Source of the DNA: an uncultured delta proteobacterium
Lineage (GTDB): Bacteria; Desulfobacterota; Syntrophobacteria; BM002
Assembly: GCA_963712115.1 (NCBI GenBank)
Contig: CAVQGX010000030.1
Location: forward strand, 64,001 to 128,000
DNA: 64,000 nt
Direction: 5' to 3'
The notes beneath the pieces were generated by a model, which was given only the letters and a program-made list of their open reading frames with translations, did no database searches and was not told the origin of the DNA. The position numbers and the translations under genes are program-made. Below are positions 47,764 to 56,753 of the stretch, piece after piece. Numbering within the stretch: the stretch's first letter is position 1; the number at the start of each line of letters is the position of its first letter.

Positions 47764-48471
47764 ATGAAAGAACAACATCTCGAAATACTCTCGGATGGCC
47801 TGAAAATTCGAGCTGTACTACACACTCCGGATACCGCTTCCTGGCCCTTGGTTATATTGTGTCACGGGTTTTTGAGCTACAAAGACAGCTCAAAATACAG
47901 ACAGCTAGCCCAGGTATTTGCTCGAGAATCAATCGCCACGGTTAGGTTTGACTTCAGAGGCTGCGGTGAAAGTGAAGGGTTATTGTCTGAAAGCTCGATT
48001 TCCAGACGGTGGAGAGATTTGCAAAGGGTGATTGACGAGAGCGTGGACTTAAAGGATTTTGATGGACGTCTGGGTTTATTGGGAAGCAGCTTAGGTGGTT
48101 ACCTGGCTCTCCTGGAGGTAAGTCATAATTCTAAAGTTCGCTGTGCTGCGGTATGGTCCACCCCTTCCCACCTCCTCGATCTGGCGAAACGACTCCCTAA
48201 AGTTTCTCCAGTGGAATTCTCCCAGGAATGCTACGAAGACCTGCTCACAGTGGAGCTCCTTCCTCGCTTAAAAAATGTCCAGCGTGTTCTCATCGTACAT
48301 GGCCAGGAGGACCAACAGGTTCCGCCCGAACACGCCTCGAGATTGTATGAAGTGCTAGATGAGCCCAAGGCTCTTCATATCTTAGAGGGAGCTGATCACC
48401 GGTTAACTGCGTCAGAGTGGAGAGAGGAGGCTATTCGCCTCACCATGGAATGGTTCAAGAGGTTCCTTTGA
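47764..48471 (+). CDS. Alpha/beta hydrolase
   Basis: LCHGF, FDFRGCGES, GSSLGG, HGQED and GADH. Confidence 0.9.
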   Translation: MKEQHLEILSDGLKIRAVLHTPDTASWPLVILCHGFLSYKDSSKYRQLAQVFARESIATVRFDFRGCGESEGLLSESSISRRWRDLQRVIDESVDLKDFDGRLGLLGSSLGGYLALLEVSHNSKVRCAAVWSTPSHLLDLAKRLPKVSPVEFSQECYEDLLTVELLPRLKNVQRVLIVHGQEDQQVPPEHASRLYEVLDEPKALHILEGADHRLTASEWREEAIRLTMEWFKRFL

Positions 48472-48726
48472 GTCAGGGGTCGGGGGTCAGGCGTCAGAGG
48501 GCAGAGGACAGAGGTCGGAAGTCAGAGGTCGGAGGTCAGAGAAAAGCGAGTTATTGGCTGATCTTTTGCGTATAACGTATAACAAATAACGAATAACAAC
48601 TCGTACCGTTTACCGTTCACGACTTAAAGGCTTTTAACCATTTGACTACTCGACCAATCGACGAGTTGACTAATTCTCTAATCAACCAATTGACGAACTC
48701 CTGTGAGCTTTCAGCTGTGAGCTGAC
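48472..48726. repeat. Composite repeat
   Basis: 48519-48620 matches 43346-43447; 48630-48695 matches the reverse complement of 53265-53329. Confidence 0.85.
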
Positions 48727-51700
48727 TTACATTATCTTGCCAGTCAGTTTGTAACGTGCGTCCAAAACCAGGCTGAAAAGTGCTGGAATCAGGAAAAGGG
48801 TGAATATAGTGGAAAGGGCAAGGCCACCCACAACCACGCTGCCCAGTCCCCGATAGAGCTCAGAGCCGGCGCCGCGGAAAAGCACTAGGGGCAGCATGCC
48901 GAAAACACTGGTGGTGGTGCTCATGAATATGGGTCTGATTCTGTTCCTCACCGCTTCACGGATAGCCTCCCGCCTCTCCAATCCTTCTTGCCGCATGTGG
49001 TTGAGACTCTGGTGCACTATTAAGATGGCGTTGTTCACCACCGTGCCGATTAGGATGATGAAGCCCAACATGGTGAGCACGTCCAGAGCCTGATATTCGA
49101 TAAAAGTGCTTACCAACCACAAGCCGGCGAAACCCCCGGCGGCCGCCAACGGAACGCTGAACATAATAACGAAAGGGTACAAAAAGCTGGCGAATAGCGC
49201 CGCCATAAGCAAATAAGTGATCACCAGCGCCAGGATGAAGTTCCACTGCAAAGCTCTCCGGGTGACCACAAGGTCGTCAGCGGTGCCGGCAAGGTTAATA
49301 TTGTAAAGGCTGCCGAGTTCTCCGCTGTTCTTGAGGGGGGGGATTATCTGATTTTCTATGATCTGCATGGCCGTTTCAAGAGGCGTCTCCTTTGGCGGCC
49401 GCACCTGAATGGTGATAGCTCTCTGGCGCTCTATGTGGTTGATCTGGGTGGGACCGGCCACCCAACGAACATCTGTCACTGACCCCAGTGTGATCAACTG
49501 GCCGTCACGAGTTCGCAATAAAAGATTGTCGAAGTCCTGAGTGCGTTGGGTGGAGGAGGACCGACCCATCAGAGTTAGGTCGATTTCTTTGCCCTCGTGC
49601 TGGTAGTCGCTAACCTTGCGACCGTCCAGCAGGGTGTCCACTGCTTCGCCGATGTCCCGAGCTGCAAGTCCTAGGCTGGCAGCTCGGACACGGTCAGGAA
49701 TTATCTGGATTTCTGGATTGCCCAGATCGAGACTAGGAATGGGACGTATCTGAGAACCTGGTAGCAATTGCATGGACTGACCGAAGATGCGGGCTCCGAT
49801 CTGCACCAACTGCACCATGTCCGGTCCAGTGATGTCTATGTCGATGGTTCGGCCTGAGCTGATGCCCCGGCCGAACAAGCTGCTCTGATAGGAAGTAGCG
49901 TAGAATCCAGGAATCTTGGTCAGCTCTTGTTTGAAAATTGGAACCAGGTCTCTGGCTTTGAGCGGATCCTCAGTGGAGGCACCGGCAAACATTAGGCGAC
50001 CGAGAGCCACATAGAAAAGATTGCGGATCCGGGGTTCGCGAAATTCGGTCGTTGCCTCCTTAGTCTCCACTCCCTTCCAGTAAGGTTCGAGGTTCTCAAC
50101 GATTTCTTTTCCAATGTCGTCCAGCTCTTCGAGATTGTAACCGGGTGGGGGGAGCAGAAAGTTGAAGACAAAATTCCGGTTGCCCTCGGGTAAATATTCA
50201 GAGGGTGGCGATAGCCATAATGCCATGCCCAGAGACAAGCCCGTCAGCACAAGGACGACCGCCAACCGAGCCGGTACGGACTCTGTAACTTTATAATTAA
50301 AGTTGGCCACCCATTCGGTAAATCTGTGAGCAAAGTTGTCGAGTCGCCTAAGTGCTTTGCTAAGAGCGGAAACTTGTACCACTGAGTCGTAGGTGTCGTT
50401 CCCAGCCGGTTTGGATCCCGGATTGGCTGATACACCGTGCATTTGTTGATATTTCACTGCCAATTTGGCCTTGCGCCTTTCACGGAAAAACCCAAGGATT
50501 TTAGCTGCAAACGTGGGAATAACCGTGATGGAAACGATCAGACTCAGGGCCACGGCACAGCTGATGGCAATAGCGATGTCCTTGAACAGCTGGCCGGCTT
50601 CTTCCTGTACATAGACCACAGGGATAAAGACCGCCATGGTTGTCAGGGTACTGGCCAGCACCGCGCCCCAAACCTCAGTGGTGCCCCTGTAAGCTGCAAC
50701 AACTCGGGATTCTCCCAGTTCTCGGTGCCGGTCAATGTTTTCCAGCACTACAATGGCTGCGTCCACCACCATGCCCACGGCAAAGGCTAGTCCAGCCAGG
50801 CTGATGACGTTAATGTTGCGACCAAAGAAGGTCATCATCAGGAAAGTGCCCACCACGCTTATAGGAATGGCGGTGGCAATGATCAAGGTGCTGTTGATCG
50901 AACGGAGAAAGAGGATGAGCACCAAAACTGCCAGCGTGCCTCCCACAAACAAGTTCTGGCGCACCAGATCAATGGCGCTTTCGATGTATTCGGTCTCGTC
51001 ATAAACCTGGCGAAGTCGCATTCCCCGCTCTTTGAGAAGACCTGCATTCAATTCGGTAATGGCCTGCCGAACCCCCTTCATCACCTGGATGACATTGGCA
51101 CCTGTCTGGCGCTTACAATTGACAGCAATGGTTGGCCGGTCCTTCTCATGAACGGTGGCGGTAGGCTTTGCGTAACCGAGGCGAACCTCGGCAACGTCAT
51201 AGACATAGATAGGAGCGCCGTTGATGTATTTGATCACCACATTTGCCACATCCTGTGGCGACTGGTACTGACCAACAGTTCTGGCAATGAACTTACGTTT
51301 ACCCTCATCAAAATCCCCGGCACTGATATTTTCATTTTCACTATTCAGTGCAACGGCAACTTCGGCTATGCTGATGCGGTGCGCAGCCAGGGAGTCGGGG
51401 TCAAAGATGACCTGCATTTCCGGCTCGACCCCGCCATAAATTTCTGATTCAGCGACTCCTGGGATCCTCTCAAACCGCGGCTTAATGAAGTCTTTGATGA
51501 ACTGGTACTCGGTGGCAATATTGGTGTTGTCACCGCTGAGACGCTCGAGAACAATCCAGGCAATGGCGTTTTGCTGACTTCCGGAGGAGACCAGCACGGG
51601 CTCTTCGGCCTCATCCGGGTACTCCGGCACTTGGTTGAGATTGTTGGATACTTTTAAGAGAGCGGCGTTAGGGTCGGTGCCTACCTGAAATTTGAGAGTA

Positions 51701-51972
51701 ATCGTGCCGCGACCATAGAAACTCTCGCTTTTCATTTCCACGAGGCCTTCGACGCTCTTGAGGACATCCTCCTGTTCGTCGATGATCTCCCGTTCAACCT
51801 CTTGAGGGCTTGCTCCCGTCCAGATGGTATTAACAGTAATCTCGGCTTTGTCCACATTCGGTGTGAGTTGCACTGGAATGCGGAGAAGGGCAATCAGCCC
51901 AAACATCACCAAGAGAATGACTCCCACGATCACGGTGATAGGATTCTTTATGGAGGCATCTACTAGTTTCAT
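48727..51972 (-). CDS. RND efflux transporter permease (AcrB/AcrD/AcrF family)
   Basis: 1081 aa; GMVVDAAIVVLENI, GTVVNNAIL and RIRPIFMST motifs. Confidence 0.95.
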   Translation of the reverse strand: MKLVDASIKNPITVIVGVILLVMFGLIALLRIPVQLTPNVDKAEITVNTIWTGASPQEVEREIIDEQEDVLKSVEGLVEMKSESFYGRGTITLKFQVGTDPNAALLKVSNNLNQVPEYPDEAEEPVLVSSGSQQNAIAWIVLERLSGDNTNIATEYQFIKDFIKPRFERIPGVAESEIYGGVEPEMQVIFDPDSLAAHRISIAEVAVALNSENENISAGDFDEGKRKFIARTVGQYQSPQDVANVVIKYINGAPIYVYDVAEVRLGYAKPTATVHEKDRPTIAVNCKRQTGANVIQVMKGVRQAITELNAGLLKERGMRLRQVYDETEYIESAIDLVRQNLFVGGTLAVLVLILFLRSINSTLIIATAIPISVVGTFLMMTFFGRNINVISLAGLAFAVGMVVDAAIVVLENIDRHRELGESRVVAAYRGTTEVWGAVLASTLTTMAVFIPVVYVQEEAGQLFKDIAIAISCAVALSLIVSITVIPTFAAKILGFFRERRKAKLAVKYQQMHGVSANPGSKPAGNDTYDSVVQVSALSKALRRLDNFAHRFTEWVANFNYKVTESVPARLAVVLVLTGLSLGMALWLSPPSEYLPEGNRNFVFNFLLPPPGYNLEELDDIGKEIVENLEPYWKGVETKEATTEFREPRIRNLFYVALGRLMFAGASTEDPLKARDLVPIFKQELTKIPGFYATSYQSSLFGRGISSGRTIDIDITGPDMVQLVQIGARIFGQSMQLLPGSQIRPIPSLDLGNPEIQIIPDRVRAASLGLAARDIGEAVDTLLDGRKVSDYQHEGKEIDLTLMGRSSSTQRTQDFDNLLLRTRDGQLITLGSVTDVRWVAGPTQINHIERQRAITIQVRPPKETPLETAMQIIENQIIPPLKNSGELGSLYNINLAGTADDLVVTRRALQWNFILALVITYLLMAALFASFLYPFVIMFSVPLAAAGGFAGLWLVSTFIEYQALDVLTMLGFIILIGTVVNNAILIVHQSLNHMRQEGLERREAIREAVRNRIRPIFMSTTTSVFGMLPLVLFRGAGSELYRGLGSVVVGGLALSTIFTLFLIPALFSLVLDARYKLTGKIM

Positions 51973-51981
51973 CTGGTCTTA

Positions 51982-52071
51982 GTTCCAGGTTCCAGGTTCA
52001 AAGTTTCAAATTATGATCCTCATTAGGTTTTTATAGATTAAACTTGAAACTTTGAACTTGGTACTTTGAAC
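51982..52071. repeat. GTTYMAR / YTKRAAC heptamer palindromic element inside the efflux operon
   Basis: gttccaggttccaggttcaaagtttcaaa ... aaacttgaaactttgaacttggtactttgaac. Confidence 0.78.
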
Positions 52072-53166
52072 TCATTTGATAATTTGTACAGGCTGTCCAG
52101 GACGGAGCCTTTCATTACCCCTGGTGACCACCTGCATACCTGGTTCGAGCGGCCCTTTGACTTCTATCAAGCTATCCGAGGCATTACCCAGTTCGACTGG
52201 CAGCGGCTGTGCTGTTCCCTCGCGCACCACAAAAACTAGGTGCTTTTGACCCACATTTACCACTGCGTCTTTGGGCACCGCCAGTACTGAGCCTGGTTTG
52301 CCAATGGCCAGGTTAACCCTGCAAAGCATGCCGCCCTTAATGTGATTGTCGCTGTTCTCAACCGAGACTTTGATTGGGAAAGTCCGACTGGCTGAGTCGC
52401 CCACAGGAATGATAGCCGCAATCTTACCTTTGAATTTCTCCGGGTTCAGGGCATCAACCTGAACATTGGTACTTCCTCCCAACACGAGCTTGGGCACGTA
52501 GCGCTCGGGTACGTCCACCAAAATGTCCATGATGCTGAGATCGGCAACTGTGACTATCGGTCCGCCCTTTTCTACCCACTGACCAACTTCAGTATATTCT
52601 TTCACCACAAAGCCGGAGAAAGGCGCGCGGATGATTTTTTTGGCGATAGAGTCCTCTTTGTGCTCTATCTCAGCCTCTAAGCTACGGACCCTCGCCTCCA
52701 GGGATTGGACCTCGGCTAGATTGTCTGTGTACTGTTTGTCAGAAATGGTTTCTGTCGCCAGCAACTTAGATGACCTGGTCAAATCTGCGCGAGCCCTGCT
52801 CAATTGAGATTGGGTGTCGGCTTTATTGGCCTGGGCCCCTTTGAGTTCAATTCTGAGAAGACTGTCTTCTAAACGAGCAAGAATGGCTCCCTTTTTTACA
52901 AAATCTCCCTCACTCACATCGAATTTTTCTACGATACCCTCAATATCTGAGGCCAGTACGCTGGTCAACTTTGGTTGAGCCGTGCCAATGAGCTGAACCT
53001 GTGGCGCAATCTCCACTCGGGTTACTTCGGCGACTTTAACCAGAGCAGCTGGAGGTGCTTTTTCTTGAGCTTGACTTGTGGAGATCTGCATAACAGAAAA
53101 GTGGAAAAACGCGGCAATTAAAAGCAGAGCGATCCGCAAAGTATTCCCCGGTATCAACTTGGTCAT
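52072..53166 (-). CDS. RND efflux periplasmic adaptor (MFP) subunit
   Basis: Signal region, lipoyl halves (EGDFVKKG; IRAPFSG..GQWV) and SRTF. Confidence 0.93.
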   Translation of the reverse strand: MTKLIPGNTLRIALLLIAAFFHFSVMQISTSQAQEKAPPAALVKVAEVTRVEIAPQVQLIGTAQPKLTSVLASDIEGIVEKFDVSEGDFVKKGAILARLEDSLLRIELKGAQANKADTQSQLSRARADLTRSSKLLATETISDKQYTDNLAEVQSLEARVRSLEAEIEHKEDSIAKKIIRAPFSGFVVKEYTEVGQWVEKGGPIVTVADLSIMDILVDVPERYVPKLVLGGSTNVQVDALNPEKFKGKIAAIIPVGDSASRTFPIKVSVENSDNHIKGGMLCRVNLAIGKPGSVLAVPKDAVVNVGQKHLVFVVREGTAQPLPVELGNASDSLIEVKGPLEPGMQVVTRGNERLRPGQPVQIIK

Positions 53167-53264
53167 AGAGGGCTCCTAATCTGCCTTGGAACGTTTGAAT
53201 ATCCAAAACAAATAGTTTAGCACGCACCATGCCTAGTTACAAGAAGCAGAAGCAGAGCGTATAG

Positions 53265-53433
53265 CGTCAATTGGTTGATTAGAGAACTAGTCAACTCGTC
53301 GATTGGTCGAGTAGTCAAATCGTTAAAGCCAATGAAGACGTCCATCACAGAGGTCAGAAGTCGGAGATCAGAGATCAGCTTTAACCCTGACCTCCGACAT
53401 CTGATCTCTGACCTCTAAGTTCTACCTGCTGCC
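53265..53433. repeat. Composite repeat: AATTG/GTCAA arm plus an inverted family A element
   Basis: 53339-53433 is the reverse complement of 4394-4488, near-identical. Confidence 0.88.
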
Positions 53434-53461
53434 AGGTAAAATCTGTCATCTGTCGTCTATC

Positions 53462-53995
53462 CTAGACGTTTATATCGCAAAGATGGAGGGATGGTAGGTT
53501 GCGATAGAGCTGCCTGTAATCCATGCCGTAACCCACCACGAAAACGTCGGGAATGTCGAAGCCGGTGAAGCTTATGGGAAGGGGTACTATGCGACGAATG
53601 GACCGATCCAGCAATGTACAAATCTTAATACTCTCAGGATTTCTCGCTTCCAGGTGCCGAATGAGGTATCCGAGGGTGAGACCGGTGTCTATGATGTCCT
53701 CTACAATGACTACGTTTTTGCCGGTGATAGACTCGTCTAAGTCTTTTAAAATCTTTACAGCGCCCGGGGAGCCCTCAACACCTTCATAGCTGGAGATTGC
53801 CATAAAATCGAGTGAGTGAGGGATTTCAATATTTCTGACCAAGTCAGCCAAAAAAACGAAAGAACCCTTTAGTATACCCAAGAGAACCAACTCCTTGCCT
53901 CGGTAGGCAGCGGAAATCATTTTGCCAAGTTCTTTAACGCGACCTTGGATCTGTTCAGCGCTGAAATAGACTTCACCTAGTGGATCCTTTTTCAT
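53462..53995 (-). CDS. hpt: Hypoxanthine phosphoribosyltransferase
   Basis: GILKGS, VEDIIDTGLT and FVVGYGMDY. Confidence 0.96.
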   Translation of the reverse strand: MKKDPLGEVYFSAEQIQGRVKELGKMISAAYRGKELVLLGILKGSFVFLADLVRNIEIPHSLDFMAISSYEGVEGSPGAVKILKDLDESITGKNVVIVEDIIDTGLTLGYLIRHLEARNPESIKICTLLDRSIRRIVPLPISFTGFDIPDVFVVGYGMDYRQLYRNLPSLHLCDINV

Positions 53996-54067
53996 AATAT
54001 TTCCTCATTGACGCGTAGGCTTCTAAAAGGGTGGCAGAAGGATTTGTCTTCTAAGGATTCCTGCGGC

Positions 54068-54691
54068 CTATTCTTTTTTTGGCGTGTGCGATCCGATATT
54101 ATTCGCAGAAATTCCAAATTTGACCAATAAAGCTTTGTAGTCTTTGCCGTAAAACAATTTGATAGGGATGTCAGGATAATGTTGTTCAAAAAGACGGACC
54201 TTCCGATTCTTCTTGGTTACCAGGGACTGTTTCATCGTGGTTAGTTCGATGAAAATGCCGTAATCGGGAAGATAGAAGTCGGGTGTAAAAGATTCTCGAA
54301 CATAACCCTCAGCATCCCAGGCAATGGGGAAAGTTGTAGGTTCATATTCCCAGCTTATTTTGTAGAAATCGAGAATGCGGGCAAACTCCTGCTCACTCTC
54401 ATTGGCAAAAGGGAGTGTGCGGCTCTGCTGGTAGGCCTGAGCATTGTCGTAGTCATCAAGTTCGCCCCTATCGGAGAGTATTGTTTCTATTTCATTTATA
54501 GCTCGTTTCATCTCAGGTAGCAGAGCGACTGGGATAGATGTCCTTGATTCTACCACTGCTTCACCATCTCCATTCTTCTCGGTTTGCAGCTGTAGAAAAA
54601 GACCCTGTTTGGACTCCAGTAGACTCACTGTAGCTTCCTTGTTTGCACCTATGGTGAACTTCTTTTCAAAAAGTGAAACTTCAGCAGACAC
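54068..54691 (-). CDS. Hypothetical protein with a C-terminal PD-(D/E)xK-like nuclease domain
   Basis: SEQEFA, WEYEP, FTPDFYLP..IFIELTT; AGGAG RBS with a GTG start. Confidence 0.75.
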   Translation of the reverse strand: MSAEVSLFEKKFTIGANKEATVSLLESKQGLFLQLQTEKNGDGEAVVESRTSIPVALLPEMKRAINEIETILSDRGELDDYDNAQAYQQSRTLPFANESEQEFARILDFYKISWEYEPTTFPIAWDAEGYVRESFTPDFYLPDYGIFIELTTMKQSLVTKKNRKVRLFEQHYPDIPIKLFYGKDYKALLVKFGISANNIGSHTPKKE

Positions 54692-54801
54692 GGGTATCTC
54701 CTAATGGCAGGACCATAGTGAGGTTATCTTGTTGAAAAGTTCTCTATCTAAGTTCACAGTCTTTAATTAAACTTAGAGGCTGTTGTCAAGCAAAAGTTCA
54801 C

Positions 54802-54985
54802 TAGCCCGGATGTTTCATGAATTGCTGTCACGAGAGCACGAAGATGGGCGGGCCACCGGGCAACCGCAGGGTGTTGGTCCCGAGGCGCACCTGAATGGTA
54901 CGTCGCAGGGACCAACACCCGAGGACGGCAGGAAGGATGCCCATATTCGTGGTCGCAGTAAGCGATTCATGGAATATCCGGGCTA
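54802..54985. mobile_element. MITE-like family M, copy 4 (184 bp, opposite orientation)
   Basis: TAGCCCGGATGTTTCATGAATT ... GATTCATGGAATATCCGGGCTA, flanked as CTAG...CTAG. Confidence 0.8.
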
Positions 54986-55234
54986 GATCACTCGAAGCCT
55001 CGATTGTTTGGTTTCTAGCCCGGTAAAGACTGACCTCCCCTTCTTGATCGGGCTTTTCGTGCATGTTATAGTTCCTCTTATACTTTTTATATTCGGTTTT
55101 CTCGTCACTAATAAAGCACTCTGCTCCTAGGACATGGAGGACCCATAAGGGATAATCCCACAGCGCTGTGGGGTGCTATATTTTTTTCCGTATTACAGGT
55201 CATACAAAAATAGTCATTAAGGACGGAGCAATCA

Positions 55235-55576
55235 ATGTCCAAAGAAGGTGACCTGGTACTAGTGCATGTAGAAGATAGTCCGGCCTTTTTTGCCCGAATC
55301 GAATGCATAAGTCCAGATGTTAAGCGCGACTGGTACCAGGTAACCCTGCTGGTTCTGCAGGTGCCGCTAGTTGAGGTTACTTGGATATTGAAAGAGGAAT
55401 ACATTAGCGGAGTCTCTTTCACCATGGGAGGGAAAAGGGTGGTTATGGAGCGTGTTGTGGCTCCTCCCAAAATGCTACCGCCAGACGAGGATAGTAAATC
55501 GCAAAAATATCCCAAGAAAAAGCCAAGTCCTGACAGGGAGACAGGCAAAGTCATATCTTTGTTTGAAAGGAAATAA
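55235..55576 (+). CDS. Conserved-looking hypothetical protein
   Basis: GDLVLVH..FFARIE.I.PDVKRDWYQV...WIL...FTMGG; C-terminal KVISL; GGAG RBS. Confidence 0.72.
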   Translation: MSKEGDLVLVHVEDSPAFFARIECISPDVKRDWYQVTLLVLQVPLVEVTWILKEEYISGVSFTMGGKRVVMERVVAPPKMLPPDEDSKSQKYPKKKPSPDRETGKVISLFERK

Positions 55577-55619
55577 TTGATCCATGCCCTCGCCCCCCAC
55601 CACACAAATTCCCCATCAA

Positions 55620-55848
55620 GAGTAAGTTGTAAGCAGTCAGCGGTAAGCGGTATAATTTGTTATCCGTTTCCGAAGAACCTCAGCCTTTTACTCTCAGTCC
55701 TCTGACCTCCGATCTCTGTCTTCTGCCAGCTGCCTGTTTAGCCAGTTGAGCCAGTTTAGCGCGTTTAGCCCGTTGGCCATCAGAACAAGAAAGAATTCCA
55801 CGTTCCGCCTTTAAATCCTCGTCTCGCCCGTCTCGCTCATCTCGCCAC
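55620..55848. repeat. Composite of half-arms (GTAAGCG, family A, TTTAGCC, family B)
   Basis: gtaagcagtcagcggtaagcgg; ctctgacctccgatctctg; ctcgtctcgcccgtctcgc. Confidence 0.7.
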
Positions 55849-55896
55849 CCTTACACTAAACCATTGTAATTCTGCATGATTTGCGCTATATTGCAC

Positions 55897-55968
55897 TAGT
55901 CTGGGTATTTCGCAAAGGAAAATAAATATCCACGGTCGGAGCAAGCGATTCATGAAACATCCGGGCTA
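55897..55968. mobile_element. Truncated family M element (one intact end)
   Basis: atatccacggtcggagcaagcgattcatgaaacatccgggcta is a family M terminus; tagtctgggtatttc is a degenerate other end. Confidence 0.6.
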
Positions 55969-55982
55969 TATGAGGTGACGGG

Positions 55983-56522
55983 ATGCCCGACTTCTTTGAA
56001 TTCCCCCAAATCGAAGGCGAGAGGCGGATCAACTCGCGTGTCTACTTGCGCGAGATTAAAGGTAGGGTTGAGGTTTTTAAGGATGGGGAAGTATATGCTG
56101 TTTTTGCTGAAAACGACAGGGAATTTCGTAAGGCGGTTATGATTCAGTTAGCTCGTCTTGGTGCTGCAAGTTTCCGGGAACTCTGTGCTGGTTTTCAGGT
56201 TGACCGTGAGACCTTGGAAAGATACCTCATTCGCTCTCAGGAAAGTGGTCTCCGTGCTGTGATGGACGACAAGCCCGGCCCTAAAGGCCCGTGGAAGGCT
56301 GATGATGTTACGCGCCTGGAGGTGATCAAAGAATACGTCAATGAACCCGGAATCTCTGACAGTGAGATTGCTCGACGAGTCTCGGCACGACGGCCTATTC
56401 AAGTAGACCATAAAATGGTAAACCGTATTCTTCGTCATGCCGGTCTGAAGGCCTCACCGGAGGTTGATTCCGTGAGCGACGAATCCCCAGCCAACCAACT
56501 CGCCCTCCGTTTCAAGACCTAA
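55983..56522 (+). CDS. Helix-turn-helix protein resembling a transposase N-terminal DNA-binding region; no DDE domain
   Basis: ELCAGFQVDRETLERY..ESGLRAVMDDKPGPKGPWK...SDSEIARR..VDHKMVNRILR (two HTH-like modules); GAGG RBS. Confidence 0.65.
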   Translation: MPDFFEFPQIEGERRINSRVYLREIKGRVEVFKDGEVYAVFAENDREFRKAVMIQLARLGAASFRELCAGFQVDRETLERYLIRSQESGLRAVMDDKPGPKGPWKADDVTRLEVIKEYVNEPGISDSEIARRVSARRPIQVDHKMVNRILRHAGLKASPEVDSVSDESPANQLALRFKT

Positions 56523-56529
56523 CCTTAGG

Positions 56530-56752
56530 GTTAATTTGTCGATTAGTTAATTAGTTGATTCGTCAATTAGTTGATTAGGGAATTTGATAATTAGTTAAAT
56601 AGTTCCAATACTTAACCGCTTACGGCTTACTGCTTACGGCTTACCAATACCGTTTACCGTTCACCGTTTACGACATAACGACTTCTATGATTTTTACGAC
56701 TTTTACGATCTCCGAACGATTTGACTATTCGACCAATCGACCAATTGACGAA
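56530..56752. repeat. Composite repeat: AATTAGT arms enclosing GCTTAC, ACCGTT and ACGAYTT arrays
   Basis: gtcgattagttaattagttgattcgtcaattag ... ttgactattcgaccaatcgaccaattgacg. Confidence 0.85.
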
Positions 56753-56753
56753 A

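Noticed and set aside
35370-48726. CRISPR array in the repeat-rich intergenic regions
   Set aside because: The repeats are 7-14 nt tandem units or dispersed modules, with no constant 23-47 nt repeat separated by unique spacers and no cas genes.
55983-56522. Complete insertion sequence
   Set aside because: There is no DDE/HUH catalytic domain, no second ORF, and no enclosing TIR pair or TSD around the gene.
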